Notes: a model not told the origin generated them from the sequence alone. A stretch of 64,000 bases of DNA from an uncultured Gammaproteobacteria bacterium (GCA_964397195.1 CAYNGY010000002.1:37239-101238), one strand, 5' to 3'. Counted from the first letter of the stretch, positions 9,395-17,982 are shown. Numbers and translations: made by a program.

Positions 9395-11680
9395 ATGGCC
9401 GAAAAGCAACCTCGTCGCCGCGCTTCGGGCGCAGCGAATCCTGAACCGGAACATCCACGACGCCAACCAGCGCCACGCGAGGTGGTCCGCCCAGAAACGC
9501 GTCATGCGGTCCTGGTGGTAATTGTGCTGACCTTTGCGGCCGTTTTGTTGCTGTCGGTTTTTGGTTGGGCTGATACGTTCGGTGATCGGATTAGTGATGC
9601 GTTGGGGACTTTAGTTGGTTGGCAGCGATTCTTAGTGCCGTTCTATGGTTTGTGGCTCGGGATCGTTTTGCTCTTCCCCGAACGGTGGCACATTACCGGC
9701 CCGCGCTGGCTTGGATTCACCCTAACCTTATTGGGCTCGCTCGGGTTGATGCACATGGCGGTGCCGCTAGCCGTCGACGGACAACGTGCTATCGAGGGTG
9801 TTGGCGGCGGGTACATCGGATTTTTGGTCAGTCATGTTCCGCGATCCTCTTTGGGGCCGTGGGCCGGGGGTCTAGTCCTGGCGGCGATGCTGATTATCGG
9901 ATTGTTGATTTTGTTCAATGCCACCCTGCAGTCGCTCTATCGGCGCAGTAATTTGTTTAACGGGTTGACCATGTTGATTCGTCGTTTCCGCTGGCAACGC
10001 CGACTAGCGACGATTCAATCAGAAACAGTTCCGGCGCCGGAATTTCAGGCGACGGAAGTCCCGATCGCCCAATCCGAAACTGACGAGCCGAATGCCGGTG
10101 AACCAGCGGAGGCGGTCGACGAGCCGGACATGGTGCCGTTACCAGTTAAGAAAGAGCGTCGTCCAAAACGTCAGATCACGATCCCGATGGACCTCCTTGA
10201 TTTGGCTGACAGTAAGCCGACCAGCGGGAATATCGAACTGAATAAAGATCGGATTAAAAAGACGCTCGAGAACTTCGGCATCTCCGTCGAGATGGACGAG
10301 ATTCATGTCGGTCCGACGGTCACGCAGTATACACTCAAACCGGCGGATGGTGTGCGTCTGGCGCAGATTGCCTCACTGAAGAATGATATGGCGCTGGCCT
10401 TGGCGGCTCATCCGATTCGGATTGAAGCGCCTATCCCCGGGAAGTCGCTCGTCGGGATTGAAGTGCCGAACCAGTCAATTGCCCTCGTGACCTTGCGCGA
10501 CATCCTCGATACGGAAGAATTCCGTCGCCGGAAATCTGATCTCTCGTTCTCACTCGGGAAAGATGTTTCTGGTCAGCCGTGGGTGGCGAATTTGGAACTG
10601 ATGCCACACTTGCTGATCGCCGGTGCCACCGGGTCCGGGAAATCCGTTCAGATTAACGGCCTGATTATTTCGTTGCTGTATAGTAATTCGCCGGATGACC
10701 TCAAGCTGATCCTGGTTGACCCGAAGCGTGTCGAGTTATCACTCTACAATGACATTCCGCACCTGCTGACACCGGTGATTACTGAGACCACTAAAACGAT
10801 TAATGCCTTACGCTGGGTGGTGTCAGAAATGGATCGACGTTATCAAGTCCTCCAGAACGCACGGAAGCGCAACATTGCCGCCTATCGTCAAGATGTGAGC
10901 GATGATATGCCGTACATCTGTGTGGTCATTGATGAATTGGCGGACCTGATGTCGGTAGCCGCCAATGATGTTGAAGGGATGATTGTCCGTCTGGCCCAAA
11001 TGGCTCGGGCGGTCGGTATTCATTTGATCTTAGCGACGCAGCGGCCATCCGTTGATGTCATCACCGGATTGATTAAGGCCAACATTACCGCGCGCGTCGC
11101 CTTTAGTGTGGCCTCACAGATTGATTCGCGAACGATTCTCGATATGGCTGGCGCCGAATCGCTCCTGGGGAAAGGGGACATGCTCTTTATTTCGGCGGAA
11201 CTTTCGAAACCGAAACGGTTGCAAGGCGCGTATGTGTCCGAAGCGGAAGTCGAGCGGGTGACGAGCTACCTGAAGGCGCGGGGCAAACCTGATTACATGG
11301 CTGAAGTGACCGAAAAGCAACCGGGTGCGCCGGGACAGGGGATTGATGATCTCGGTGAAGACGAATTACTTCCGGATGCAAAAGAGGTGATTGTCCAGTC
11401 GGGTCGGGCATCAACGACGTTACTCCAGCGCCGTCTGCGCGTTGGGTATGCTCGGGCGGCACGGATTATGGATCTCTTAGAGAAAGAAGGCTTCATTGGG
11501 CCGGGTGAAGGGGCGAAGCCACGCGAAATCTACGGCCGTTCGACCGAGCACCCACCGTTTGCGCAAGACCCGCGCGATTTGCCGACGGATACCGGCGACG
11601 ATGTGCCGCTAGCGCCGGAAGAAGAAATTGAGGACGAGGAACCAGAAGATCCGGCGACCACCAACTCGAACCCCGCATGA
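9395..11680 (+). CDS. ftsK: DNA translocase FtsK/SpoIIIE
   Basis: N-terminal TM helices, proline/acidic linker, Walker A LIAGATGSGKSV, and C-terminal winged-helix gamma domain (TTLLQRRLRVGYARAARIMDLLEKEGFIGP). The start is chosen at ATG 9395, in frame with the longer track ORF 9341, because of the promoter just upstream. The start is uncertain. Confidence 0.85.
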   Translation: MAEKQPRRRASGAANPEPEHPRRQPAPREVVRPETRHAVLVVIVLTFAAVLLLSVFGWADTFGDRISDALGTLVGWQRFLVPFYGLWLGIVLLFPERWHITGPRWLGFTLTLLGSLGLMHMAVPLAVDGQRAIEGVGGGYIGFLVSHVPRSSLGPWAGGLVLAAMLIIGLLILFNATLQSLYRRSNLFNGLTMLIRRFRWQRRLATIQSETVPAPEFQATEVPIAQSETDEPNAGEPAEAVDEPDMVPLPVKKERRPKRQITIPMDLLDLADSKPTSGNIELNKDRIKKTLENFGISVEMDEIHVGPTVTQYTLKPADGVRLAQIASLKNDMALALAAHPIRIEAPIPGKSLVGIEVPNQSIALVTLRDILDTEEFRRRKSDLSFSLGKDVSGQPWVANLELMPHLLIAGATGSGKSVQINGLIISLLYSNSPDDLKLILVDPKRVELSLYNDIPHLLTPVITETTKTINALRWVVSEMDRRYQVLQNARKRNIAAYRQDVSDDMPYICVVIDELADLMSVAANDVEGMIVRLAQMARAVGIHLILATQRPSVDVITGLIKANITARVAFSVASQIDSRTILDMAGAESLLGKGDMLFISAELSKPKRLQGAYVSEAEVERVTSYLKARGKPDYMAEVTEKQPGAPGQGIDDLGEDELLPDAKEVIVQSGRASTTLLQRRLRVGYARAARIMDLLEKEGFIGPGEGAKPREIYGRSTEHPPFAQDPRDLPTDTGDDVPLAPEEEIEDEEPEDPATTNSNPA

Positions 11681-12348
11681 TGTTCACCAAGCGTCCGCTC
11701 GCGGGCCAGGAAACGCTCGGTGATCGGTTGCGGCAATTGCGTGAAGAGCGACGGGCGACCCTCGAAGAGGCGTCGAAGGCGGTGATTGTGCCGGCCAAAT
11801 ATCTTGATGCGCTTGAACGAAGCGCGTATACCGAACTGCCGGGCCTCGTCTACGCCCGGAACTTTGTGCGGCAATACGCGACGTGGTTGAGCTTGCCGGT
11901 GGAAACGGCGATGGAAAAGTTTGAGCAAGAATTTCAGGTTGTGCACGGTCGGCGTGTCGAATCACCGCGACTTGTGGCGCGAGCTAAAACCGAGTTTCCG
12001 TGGTATCTGCGTCATGGACGCTTCCTGATCGCTTCGGGGATTATCTTGATCGTCCTCACCTATCTTGTGATTCAGGCGGTACGCTTATTGCGTCCGCCGT
12101 TTATGGAGGTACTTCAGCCATCGACCGATATTTCCATTTCGGAAAACTCGATCGTGGTCAGCGGCCGTACTCAGCCCGGCGTTGAGGTCCGGATTAACAA
12201 CCAACAGACGGATGTCGCGGCGGATGGGACGTTCGTCGAAACGGTTGACCTGCAAACCGGGTTGAATACCCTAAAGATAACCGGACAGCGAAAAATTAGT
12301 AAGCCGGCCGTCGTGGAACGACGGGTGTTGGTGGAGGCGAAGGAATAA
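11677..12348 (+). CDS. RodZ-like protein (N-terminal XRE-type HTH, one TM helix, C-terminal beta domain)
   Basis: HTH segment LGDRLRQLREERRATLEEASKAVIVPAKYLDALERSAY resembles the RodZ N-terminus. A single TM helix (FLIASGIILIVLTYLVIQAV) follows. ATGA overlap with the ftsK stop. Confidence 0.5.
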   Translation: MMFTKRPLAGQETLGDRLRQLREERRATLEEASKAVIVPAKYLDALERSAYTELPGLVYARNFVRQYATWLSLPVETAMEKFEQEFQVVHGRRVESPRLVARAKTEFPWYLRHGRFLIASGIILIVLTYLVIQAVRLLRPPFMEVLQPSTDISISENSIVVSGRTQPGVEVRINNQQTDVAADGTFVETVDLQTGLNTLKITGQRKISKPAVVERRVLVEAKE

Positions 12349-12559
12349 CCACGCGGGGGAAGTGGCTGGACAGCCAACCGTTTACTGTATCATGTGAAAC
12401 TGAAAAAACGCTGAAAAATCCCGTTTCTTCGCTACGTTGAGCGGTTTTTTTGTAAAGCAAAAACCCCAGACCAGATGCCACCATCGCTTGCGCGACGATG
12501 GAATTGGTCCAGGGTATTGCCTGTATCTTTTACGATCCCCGGGGGGAGGGACGGTGCGG

Positions 12560-13078
12560 TTACTTGGTTCTGCTCTGGGCGAGGGGCCCAGGAAGGACGA
12601 CGTTCTCGAAGACGATGGATCGGCCGATGACCTTGCCGACAGGGGCACCTGGTCGACGGCAGTAGACGAGATCGTAGGAGTCGTCTGCGTGTCCGTTGAT
12701 GAAGATGCCGAAGCGGTCGCCGGCGTAGTTCATGTACGGCCTGGCCATCGGGTAGAGGACTTCATCGCGAATCGGCGTCTCGTCCATCAGGCGGACGTTC
12801 GGCCAGCGCGCGGCGTACTTCTTCAGGAAGTAGTCGTCGCCCGGCGAGCCGTAGGACGGCACGGTGCCGTCGATGAACGGGGTGATGGTCGCCGGCAGGG
12901 TGCCGTGCTTGAGCTGGTACTCGGTGATCTCCAGTGCGAGCTCGGTGACCGCCAGATTCTGCTGGCTTACCTCGAACTGGTGACGCAGGTTGGCGACCTC
13001 GATGTTCTGACTGCGGAACTGGGTTCCGATCCAGATCAGACCGAGGACCGCGAGAATGTAGAGAGCGACGATCTTCAT
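12560..13078 (-). CDS. hypothetical signal-anchored or secreted protein (172 aa)
   Basis: N-terminal hydrophobic segment MKIVALYILAVLGLIWIG. SD GGAGGA lies 3-4 nt upstream of the ATG. The overlapping plus-strand ORF 12437-13135 is D/E/R/G-rich antisense noise. Confidence 0.6.
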   Translation of the reverse strand: MKIVALYILAVLGLIWIGTQFRSQNIEVANLRHQFEVSQQNLAVTELALEITEYQLKHGTLPATITPFIDGTVPSYGSPGDDYFLKKYAARWPNVRLMDETPIRDEVLYPMARPYMNYAGDRFGIFINGHADDSYDLVYCRRPGAPVGKVIGRSIVFENVVLPGPLAQSRTK

Positions 13079-13179
13079 GATTCCTCCGTACGGGCGGAAG
13101 TGGTCAGGCTTGGTGCGTCTAGCGCGTCGGGGTGACGCGGTAGATCACCGGGGCGATGATGCCGAGGGTGGAGGCGCGC

Positions 13180-13365
13180 CTAGTCCTTCATGAAGTTGTA
13201 CTCCAGGTCGGACGGCGGTTCACCGTACTTCTTCTTCATCGCGGCGATATGCGTTTCACAGGCCATCGCACCGCCAGCGATCCCGACCGCCCGACCTTCG
13301 CCATTCCAGCGCGGGTCGAGCTTGCTGGTGACCCACCAGCTGCCTTCGCGAATTCCGAAGTCCAT
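13180..13365 (-). CDS. hypothetical small protein (61 aa)
   Basis: ORF preceded by SD AGGAGGA 8 nt upstream. High GC3 like its neighbours. Confidence 0.45.
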   Translation of the reverse strand: MDFGIREGSWWVTSKLDPRWNGEGRAVGIAGGAMACETHIAAMKKKYGEPPSDLEYNFMKD

Positions 13366-13393
13366 GTCTGTGTCCTCCTGATGGCGGTCGATT

Positions 13394-14095
13394 CTACTTC
13401 TGGCGGTAGACGAACCAGACCTCGTCCTTCCCGTTGATGGTGAAGACCGCCATCGTGACGTTGTCGATCTGGGTGCCGTGCTCGATGAGCCAGTGGTCCA
13501 GGTCGCCGGCGTTCTGGAAGACCTTCGCTCTGTAGCCTGGCTCCTCGCCCGGCTTGGGTGGAGGCTGGTAGCCCTGTTCCAGGCAAGGCACGATCACGGT
13601 TCGGGCCAGCGTCGCCGGGTCATCGGACTTGGAATTCGTCCGGATGGTAGCCGGTGGCGCGTAGCGGACGCGGTTCACGGGCACGTCGCCGCCGAACTGG
13701 TACTCCTGCAGGCGCTCCCATGATTCTGCGACCGCGCTCAGGGCCTTCCAGGTCGACGTGTAGCGAGTGCCGATGTTGGAAGACTCCTTGGCGTTCAGAC
13801 CCTTCCAGACGACAGCCAGACACGGGTTGGTGGTGTCACTGCCAGCGGCCGGAAACACGAACAGGTTGTAGCGCAGGTCTCTGGTCCCCAGGGCACCGCG
13901 GTAAGGAGCGGGCTGGAGGGTAGCATACCCGTACAGGCGGAAGGCCCGCCGGTGACCGAGCGCGTTGACGACGGTGACGTTGAAGCCCTCGATTCGGGAC
14001 TTGTAGTACCCGTCGATGGCGCCCTGGCTCGGCGTGGTGATGACACCGAGTGCCATGACCACGATCAGCAGGGTGATGCCGATGCTTGATTTCAT
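13394..14095 (-). CDS. hypothetical secreted protein (233 aa) with N-terminal signal peptide
   Basis: Signal-peptide-like N-terminus MKSSIGITLLIVVMALGVITTPSQGA. SD context GGAGGAATCATGAA is identical to that of the 12560-13078 gene. Its start overlaps the stop of the upstream receiver gene (ATGA). Confidence 0.65.
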   Translation of the reverse strand: MKSSIGITLLIVVMALGVITTPSQGAIDGYYKSRIEGFNVTVVNALGHRRAFRLYGYATLQPAPYRGALGTRDLRYNLFVFPAAGSDTTNPCLAVVWKGLNAKESSNIGTRYTSTWKALSAVAESWERLQEYQFGGDVPVNRVRYAPPATIRTNSKSDDPATLARTVIVPCLEQGYQPPPKPGEEPGYRAKVFQNAGDLDHWLIEHGTQIDNVTMAVFTINGKDEVWFVYRQK

Positions 14096-14481
14096 GATTC
14101 CTCCGGGTTGAGGAGCTCCGTCACCTGCGCGATCAGTTCGCGCGGGCTGAAGGGCTTCGCCATGAAGCGGTGGGCGCCGGCCGCGCAGTACGATCGTCCG
14201 TCAACGTCCGAAGGCTCGGGCGTGGTCAGGACGATAACCTTGATATGCCGGAACGCGGCCCAGGCGACCGTTGCGGTGAGTAGCTCGGGTCCGTTGCCGC
14301 GGTTGAGACGCGGGTCGATGATGATGACGTCGGGCGACGTGCGCTTCAGCTCGATCAGCGGGTTACTTGACCGGCTGATGATGACGACTTCGAAGCCTTG
14401 GTGGCGACTCAGTCGGTAGTCGAGCAGATCCGCATGCTTCGGATCATCGTCGATGACGGTGATACGTCGTTTGTTAGTCAT
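14092..14481 (-). CDS. stand-alone response-regulator receiver (CheY-like REC domain)
   Basis: Starting at MTNKRRITVIDDD (ATG at 14481, SD GGAGGG) it has all REC hallmarks: the DDD acid pocket, phospho-acceptor Asp in VIIIDPRL, Thr in VIVLTT and Lys in AKPF. There is no output domain. The track ORF extends to 14571, but the upstream extension lacks an SD. Confidence 0.75.
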   Translation of the reverse strand: MTNKRRITVIDDDPKHADLLDYRLSRHQGFEVVIISRSSNPLIELKRTSPDVIIIDPRLNRGNGPELLTATVAWAAFRHIKVIVLTTPEPSDVDGRSYCAAGAHRFMAKPFSPRELIAQVTELLNPEES

Positions 14482-14911
14482 GCGCCCTCCGTGGCACGTA
14501 GGTGGTAGGAAAGACGAGGCGGCGTCCGGTGTAGTAGAGCAGTGCGACCATGGCGAGCGCCATGATGACACCGAAGAACTGATCGGGTGCCCAACTGCTT
14601 TGCCACTGGTTCCAGGTGCGGATGTTCACGAGCATGACCATCGCGAACCAGAAACAGCCGGTGTGAATGCCGTAGTCGCGTCGGTACATGATGCGAATCA
14701 TCAGCACCGACGTGAGGACGGCGAGAGTCCACGCGCCGTAGATCATGAAGATGCTCGGCGCGCCTTCCACCAGCTCATTGTAGCCCTCGGCGCCGTCGGG
14801 GAACCATTCCCAGAACTGGTTTTGCCAGTTCCAGAGAGCGGCGCCGATGACGGCGAGAGTGAAGGCGGCGAAAAGACGAGCGATGCCGAACGCATACTGC
14901 TTGAGAGTCAC
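14474..14911 (-). CDS. hypothetical integral membrane protein (about 4 TM, 145 aa), GTG start
   Basis: Four hydrophobic helices, W/F-rich. SD GGAGGAG 4 nt upstream of the GTG start. Its 3' end overlaps the receiver gene start by 8 nt, so they are co-transcribed. Confidence 0.6.
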   Translation of the reverse strand: MTLKQYAFGIARLFAAFTLAVIGAALWNWQNQFWEWFPDGAEGYNELVEGAPSIFMIYGAWTLAVLTSVLMIRIMYRRDYGIHTGCFWFAMVMLVNIRTWNQWQSSWAPDQFFGVIMALAMVALLYYTGRRLVFPTTYVPRRAHD

Positions 14912-15094
14912 GGGACTCCTCCGTTTTTTATGACCGGGCGAGGGAGATCACCGGTCGTTGTCAATGGTCGACGCGACCCTCGCTTGAACTCACCAGTCTA
15001 ATGAGCAGAAAAGACTGATGAGTCCAAGTGAAGATCCGGCGGCGGACTCGCGTGTTACTGCGAGTCCGCCGTCAGAGTGCGGGTTGAATATCTT

Positions 15095-15211
15095 CTACCA
15101 CCGACTAGGGTCTTTGACCTTCGTCCAGTCGATGTTCTTCGGACGCGTTCGCCAGACGCCGATAGCGTAGATGGCGAGCATAGCCACCGCGAGAATGTCC
15201 GACCACTTCAT
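15095..15211 (-). CDS. possible small membrane protein (38 aa: MKWSDILAVAMLAIYAIGVWRTRPKNIDWTKVKDPSRW)
   Basis: Short ORF not in the supplied track. Found by eye, it has one hydrophobic helix and a GGAAAGG SD-like sequence about 9 nt upstream. A strong 11-bp hairpin lies downstream at 15041-15070. Confidence 0.3.
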   Translation of the reverse strand: MKWSDILAVAMLAIYAIGVWRTRPKNIDWTKVKDPSRW

Positions 15212-15245
15212 GGGTTGGCCTTTCCGCGGCAAGGGGGGGGTGGTG

Positions 15246-15401
15246 TTACGCGGCCGCTTGGCCGAGTTCCTTCTCGAGGGTAGCGATCCGATAGCGCAGT
15301 TTCTCGCGCTCCCGTTCGCCGCCTTCGCCTTCCCGATCGTTCTCGTTCAACTCCGCGAGGAGTCGGTCGAGATCGGCCTGGATCTCTGTGCGCGTGCGCA
15401 T
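15246..15401 (-). CDS. hypothetical small charged coiled-coil protein (51 aa)
   Basis: Internal ATG of track ORF 15246-15674 has strong SD GAGGAG 6 nt upstream. The product is MRTRTEIQADLDRLLAELNENDREGEGGEREREKLRYRIATLEKELGQAAA. It starts 12 nt after the stop of the upstream membrane-protein gene. Confidence 0.4.
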   Translation of the reverse strand: MRTRTEIQADLDRLLAELNENDREGEGGEREREKLRYRIATLEKELGQAAA

Positions 15402-15412
15402 GTCGTTCTCCT

Positions 15413-15808
15413 CTAGAGTTGCGGCCAGCGGAAGAAACAGTTCAGGAGCAACAGGATGCCGATGATCTTGCCGATCAGCGTGATGACGTAGCGCGCGATC
15501 TCGGTTTCGTGGCCGAGGTCGTACTCGAACGTCCGATGATCGCCCATTTCCTTGTTCAGGGCGGTCGCGATGCGCTTCAGCGACGAGATGGTGTTGCCGC
15601 AGTGCGTGGCCATACTCAGACCGAGCACTGCCGCCACGACGCCGGCCATCCAGCCGAGCGTGTAGTTGTGCCACACGTGGTTGGTGACCCAGGCGACGGG
15701 AACCATCAGGATCGCGATCATGAAGAAGATCGTGAAGATGATGAGTTCGAGGCGGAAGACTTCGTACTGCTTGAGCAGTGAGCGGATGTAGATCTCATCC
15801 TGATCCAT
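15413..15808 (-). CDS. hypothetical membrane protein (about 131 aa from MDQDEIYIRSLL...)
   Basis: Start chosen at the ATG with SD GGAG 6 nt upstream. Two to three TM helices (LELIIFTIFFMIAILMVPVAWV; GWMAGVVAAVLGLSMA; ITLIGKIIGILLLL). Confidence 0.55.
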   Translation of the reverse strand: MDQDEIYIRSLLKQYEVFRLELIIFTIFFMIAILMVPVAWVTNHVWHNYTLGWMAGVVAAVLGLSMATHCGNTISSLKRIATALNKEMGDHRTFEYDLGHETEIARYVITLIGKIIGILLLLNCFFRWPQL

Positions 15809-15893
15809 TTGCACTCCTCGGCGGCTTGAGCCGCGAATGGGTAGTGGCGTGGACAGCGAGTCCGTTTCGAAGATATTCGTGAGAGTTAAGGTG

Positions 15894-15979
15894 CGACTCT
15901 CGTTTGAAGGTTTCAATGGTTGAAACTCTCAAACGAGAGTCCCAGTACCGGCTGTCCTTGTCGGACTTCCGGTACTGGG
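15894..15979 (-). repeat. tandem perfect inverted repeats (nested 13-bp + 7-bp hairpin, then an 11-bp hairpin) between two co-oriented island genes
   Basis: First hairpin: GACTCTCGTTTGA (15894-15906) pairs with TCAAACGAGAGTC (15929-15941), enclosing the inner stem GTTTCAA/TTGAAAC. Second hairpin: CCCAGTACCGG (15941-15951) pairs with CCGGTACTGGG (15969-15979). Neither is followed by a U-tract. Confidence 0.7.
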
Positions 15980-15995
15980 ATGATCTCATCTACAT

Positions 15996-16451
15996 CTAGA
16001 TGAACTCGTACTTCGGGCCGTTGGCGAAGATGGCGCGCGTGTACCAGCGACGACCCTGTTGGTCGAAGTACTGCAGGTCGACACGCTCGACGCCCTCGGA
16101 ACGGTCCGGCAGGTAGCTGAAGTTCAGCTTACCTCGGCAGGCCTTGCCGCCGGTGTCCTGGTGGCACTCGATACGCTGGCCGCTGTCGGGATCGTTGAAC
16201 TCGAGGTAGTCCTTCGAGAACATGCTCATGACCTCGAAGATGCTCCGCGGGAGCTGACCGTTGTTGTTGACTCGGAAGTTCTCGACCTTGTCAGCCATCC
16301 GGTTCATGGTGTTGACCAGGGACTCGTGCCGATGCCCGGCCTGGCTCCGTACGAGCTGCGTCTGAGTCTCCTTGAGCCGACGCAGAAGGTACGTGCTGTA
16401 CATGGCGGCGGCAACACCGAAGATAGCGAGGATGAACACGGAAATGCTCAT
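15996..16451 (-). CDS. hypothetical N-terminally anchored protein (about 151 aa)
   Basis: Start at the second ATG (MSISVFILAIFGVAAAMYSTYLL) with SD GGGAGA. One TM helix followed by a hydrophilic domain. Confidence 0.55.
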   Translation of the reverse strand: MSISVFILAIFGVAAAMYSTYLLRRLKETQTQLVRSQAGHRHESLVNTMNRMADKVENFRVNNNGQLPRSIFEVMSMFSKDYLEFNDPDSGQRIECHQDTGGKACRGKLNFSYLPDRSEGVERVDLQYFDQQGRRWYTRAIFANGPKYEFI

Positions 16452-16662
16452 GAAGTCTCCCATGCTTGACCGGATCTATCCGGGGCGGGTTGGAGTGGCG
16501 AAGACGACGAGTTTATTGTAGATGAGAGTAGAAAGAACAAACTCTATCTCTCGCATAACGTGACCACGTGGTGATCAGGTTGTGCGAGAGGCCCGGAACC
16601 ACTCCTTCCGATCTTGTCGGGAGTTTGGTTCTGGGCCGAACGAAGGTGCTCTCGCGGAATGC

Positions 16663-16911
16663 CTAGTAGGTGCGCGTCTCGGCGCGATTGGTCTCGCGGT
16701 GGAGCGAGACGGCCAGCCAGAGTACGCCGGTTCCGATCACGGTGACGAACAGCGCGGCCGGGAAGAGGCGGGGGTCGGCACTGTAGTCCTTGATGGCCGA
16801 GTAGACGCCGTAGAGGCCGAGCGCCGCGATCGCCGTCCCGAAAACGGACAGGACCGCGGACAGCATGTGACGACCGAACTTCTGGTCAGGCGTGAGGCGG
16901 AGCGTCGACAT
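16663..16911 (-). CDS. hypothetical small membrane protein (82 aa, 2 TM)
   Basis: Two hydrophobic helices. SD AGGTAGGA upstream. The overlapping plus-strand ORF 16582-17064 is D/E/R/G-rich antisense noise. Confidence 0.5.
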   Translation of the reverse strand: MSTLRLTPDQKFGRHMLSAVLSVFGTAIAALGLYGVYSAIKDYSADPRLFPAALFVTVIGTGVLWLAVSLHRETNRAETRTY

Positions 16912-17136
16912 GGATTCCTACCTTTCGGTGAGGGGCGGGTGATACGAAAAAACGCGTTGCGGCGACAAATCCCGGAGCAGGTTTATCACAACAACGCGTT
17001 TTTCACATATCGTGTCCGACGTCTGCTCACGTGGCACGAAGCGGGTATATTTAAAGAACAGTAGATTATACGCTTGGCGGCGAAAAATGTCAAGAGTAAG
17101 GGCGTGGCGACGGATCGTATTTGGCTAATTATAGCC

Positions 17137-17159
17137 AAAAAAACCCAGCCGAAGCTGGG
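17137..17159 (-). terminator. rho-independent terminator for the RNase III-like gene (minus strand)
   Basis: On the minus strand: CCCAGC-ttcg-GCTGGG followed by TTTTTTT (plus-strand 17137-17159 reads AAAAAAACCCAGCcgaaGCTGGG). Confidence 0.7.
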
Positions 17160-17184
17160 GGTAGGGTGGGGTTCTTGGGCCCTG

Positions 17185-17982
17185 CTACTTCCGAATTTCG
17201 GCGAGCAGGCGCGTCAGCGCGAATTCTCGAGCGCGAGACGGATTGGGGGACTTGCCGCGAGTGAGGCATCCGTTCAGCTTGGCCGTGCAGTGGTAGACGG
17301 CGTTCCTCGGACCACCGCGTCGACGATTCTGGATCCGTGGTACCGGGTAGCCGTGTTGACGGGCGTAGATGACGAGTGCGGCCCACGGATTGAGGCGGCG
17401 GCCGTTGACGGTCGTAGGTGTGACCTCCAGCAGATCCTCCGGTCGGTGGTCGTTCCCTTGGTCAGTTGTGACCTCATGGCCGTTCGTGACCGGGATGGTC
17501 GTTGGCAGGGGATGTCTCAGCACGTACGGCAGGTACCGTTCGATGACGTAGGCCTCAGCCGCAGCGACTCCTTGGTGGCGGTCGATGATGGCGAGGACGC
17601 ACTCGAAGGTTGTGCCGAGAGTGTGGTCAGCTTTCCGTGCGTTGCGGCGCGATCCCGTCAGTTGGCGAGCGAGATTCGCGACGCCGATGTGGCCGAGATA
17701 GGTCGCCATGCACCCGTTCGTCGTGACATGGTCAACCCACGTCGGGTCGAGACCATGCGCCGATCCGTTCTTATTGAACCAACGTCGAAGCGCGAGCTCA
17801 ACGATCGAATCGCCGATGAACGAGAGCGCTTTCCGAGTGTCTTCGTAGGGCAGTGGGTGACGTTCGCCCGACTGGCCGGTGATGATGATCCGGATCCAGT
17901 CAGTCGACAGGTCGGGTAGCCCAAGCTGCGTCCTGATGACGCCGAAGAGCGCATTTCGCGTCGATCCATTTGCGGTTCCCAA
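17185..17982 (-). CDS. RNase III-like protein (catalytic-domain-like region, about 60-aa insert, C-terminal dsRBD), TTG start
   Basis: KALSFIGDSIVELALRRWF matches the RNase III signature ERLEFLGDAxLEL. HTLGTTFECVLAIIDRHQG matches ADxFEAxxGAIYLD. The C-terminal segment NPWAALVIYARQHGYPVPRIQNRRRGGPRNAVYHCTAKLNGCLTRGKSPNPSRAREFALTRLLAEI is dsRBD-like. SD AAGGAG lies 7 nt upstream of the TTG start. Confidence 0.6.
   Translation of the reverse strand: MGTANGSTRNALFGVIRTQLGLPDLSTDWIRIIITGQSGERHPLPYEDTRKALSFIGDSIVELALRRWFNKNGSAHGLDPTWVDHVTTNGCMATYLGHIGVANLARQLTGSRRNARKADHTLGTTFECVLAIIDRHQGVAAAEAYVIERYLPYVLRHPLPTTIPVTNGHEVTTDQGNDHRPEDLLEVTPTTVNGRRLNPWAALVIYARQHGYPVPRIQNRRRGGPRNAVYHCTAKLNGCLTRGKSPNPSRAREFALTRLLAEIRK

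Noticed and set aside
12437-13135. 232-aa plus-strand ORF overlapping the island gene 12560-13078
   Set aside because: Translation is D/E/R/G/V-rich with no hydrophobic core, typical of the antisense frame of a high-GC gene. The minus-strand ORF has an SD and a signal anchor.
14453-15001. 182-aa plus-strand ORF
   Set aside because: Antisense to the 4-TM membrane protein and receiver genes. Acidic and His/Arg-rich junk-like composition with no SD.
16582-17064. 160-aa plus-strand ORF
   Set aside because: R/E/G-rich antisense translation covering the small membrane protein gene and terminator hairpins. No start context.
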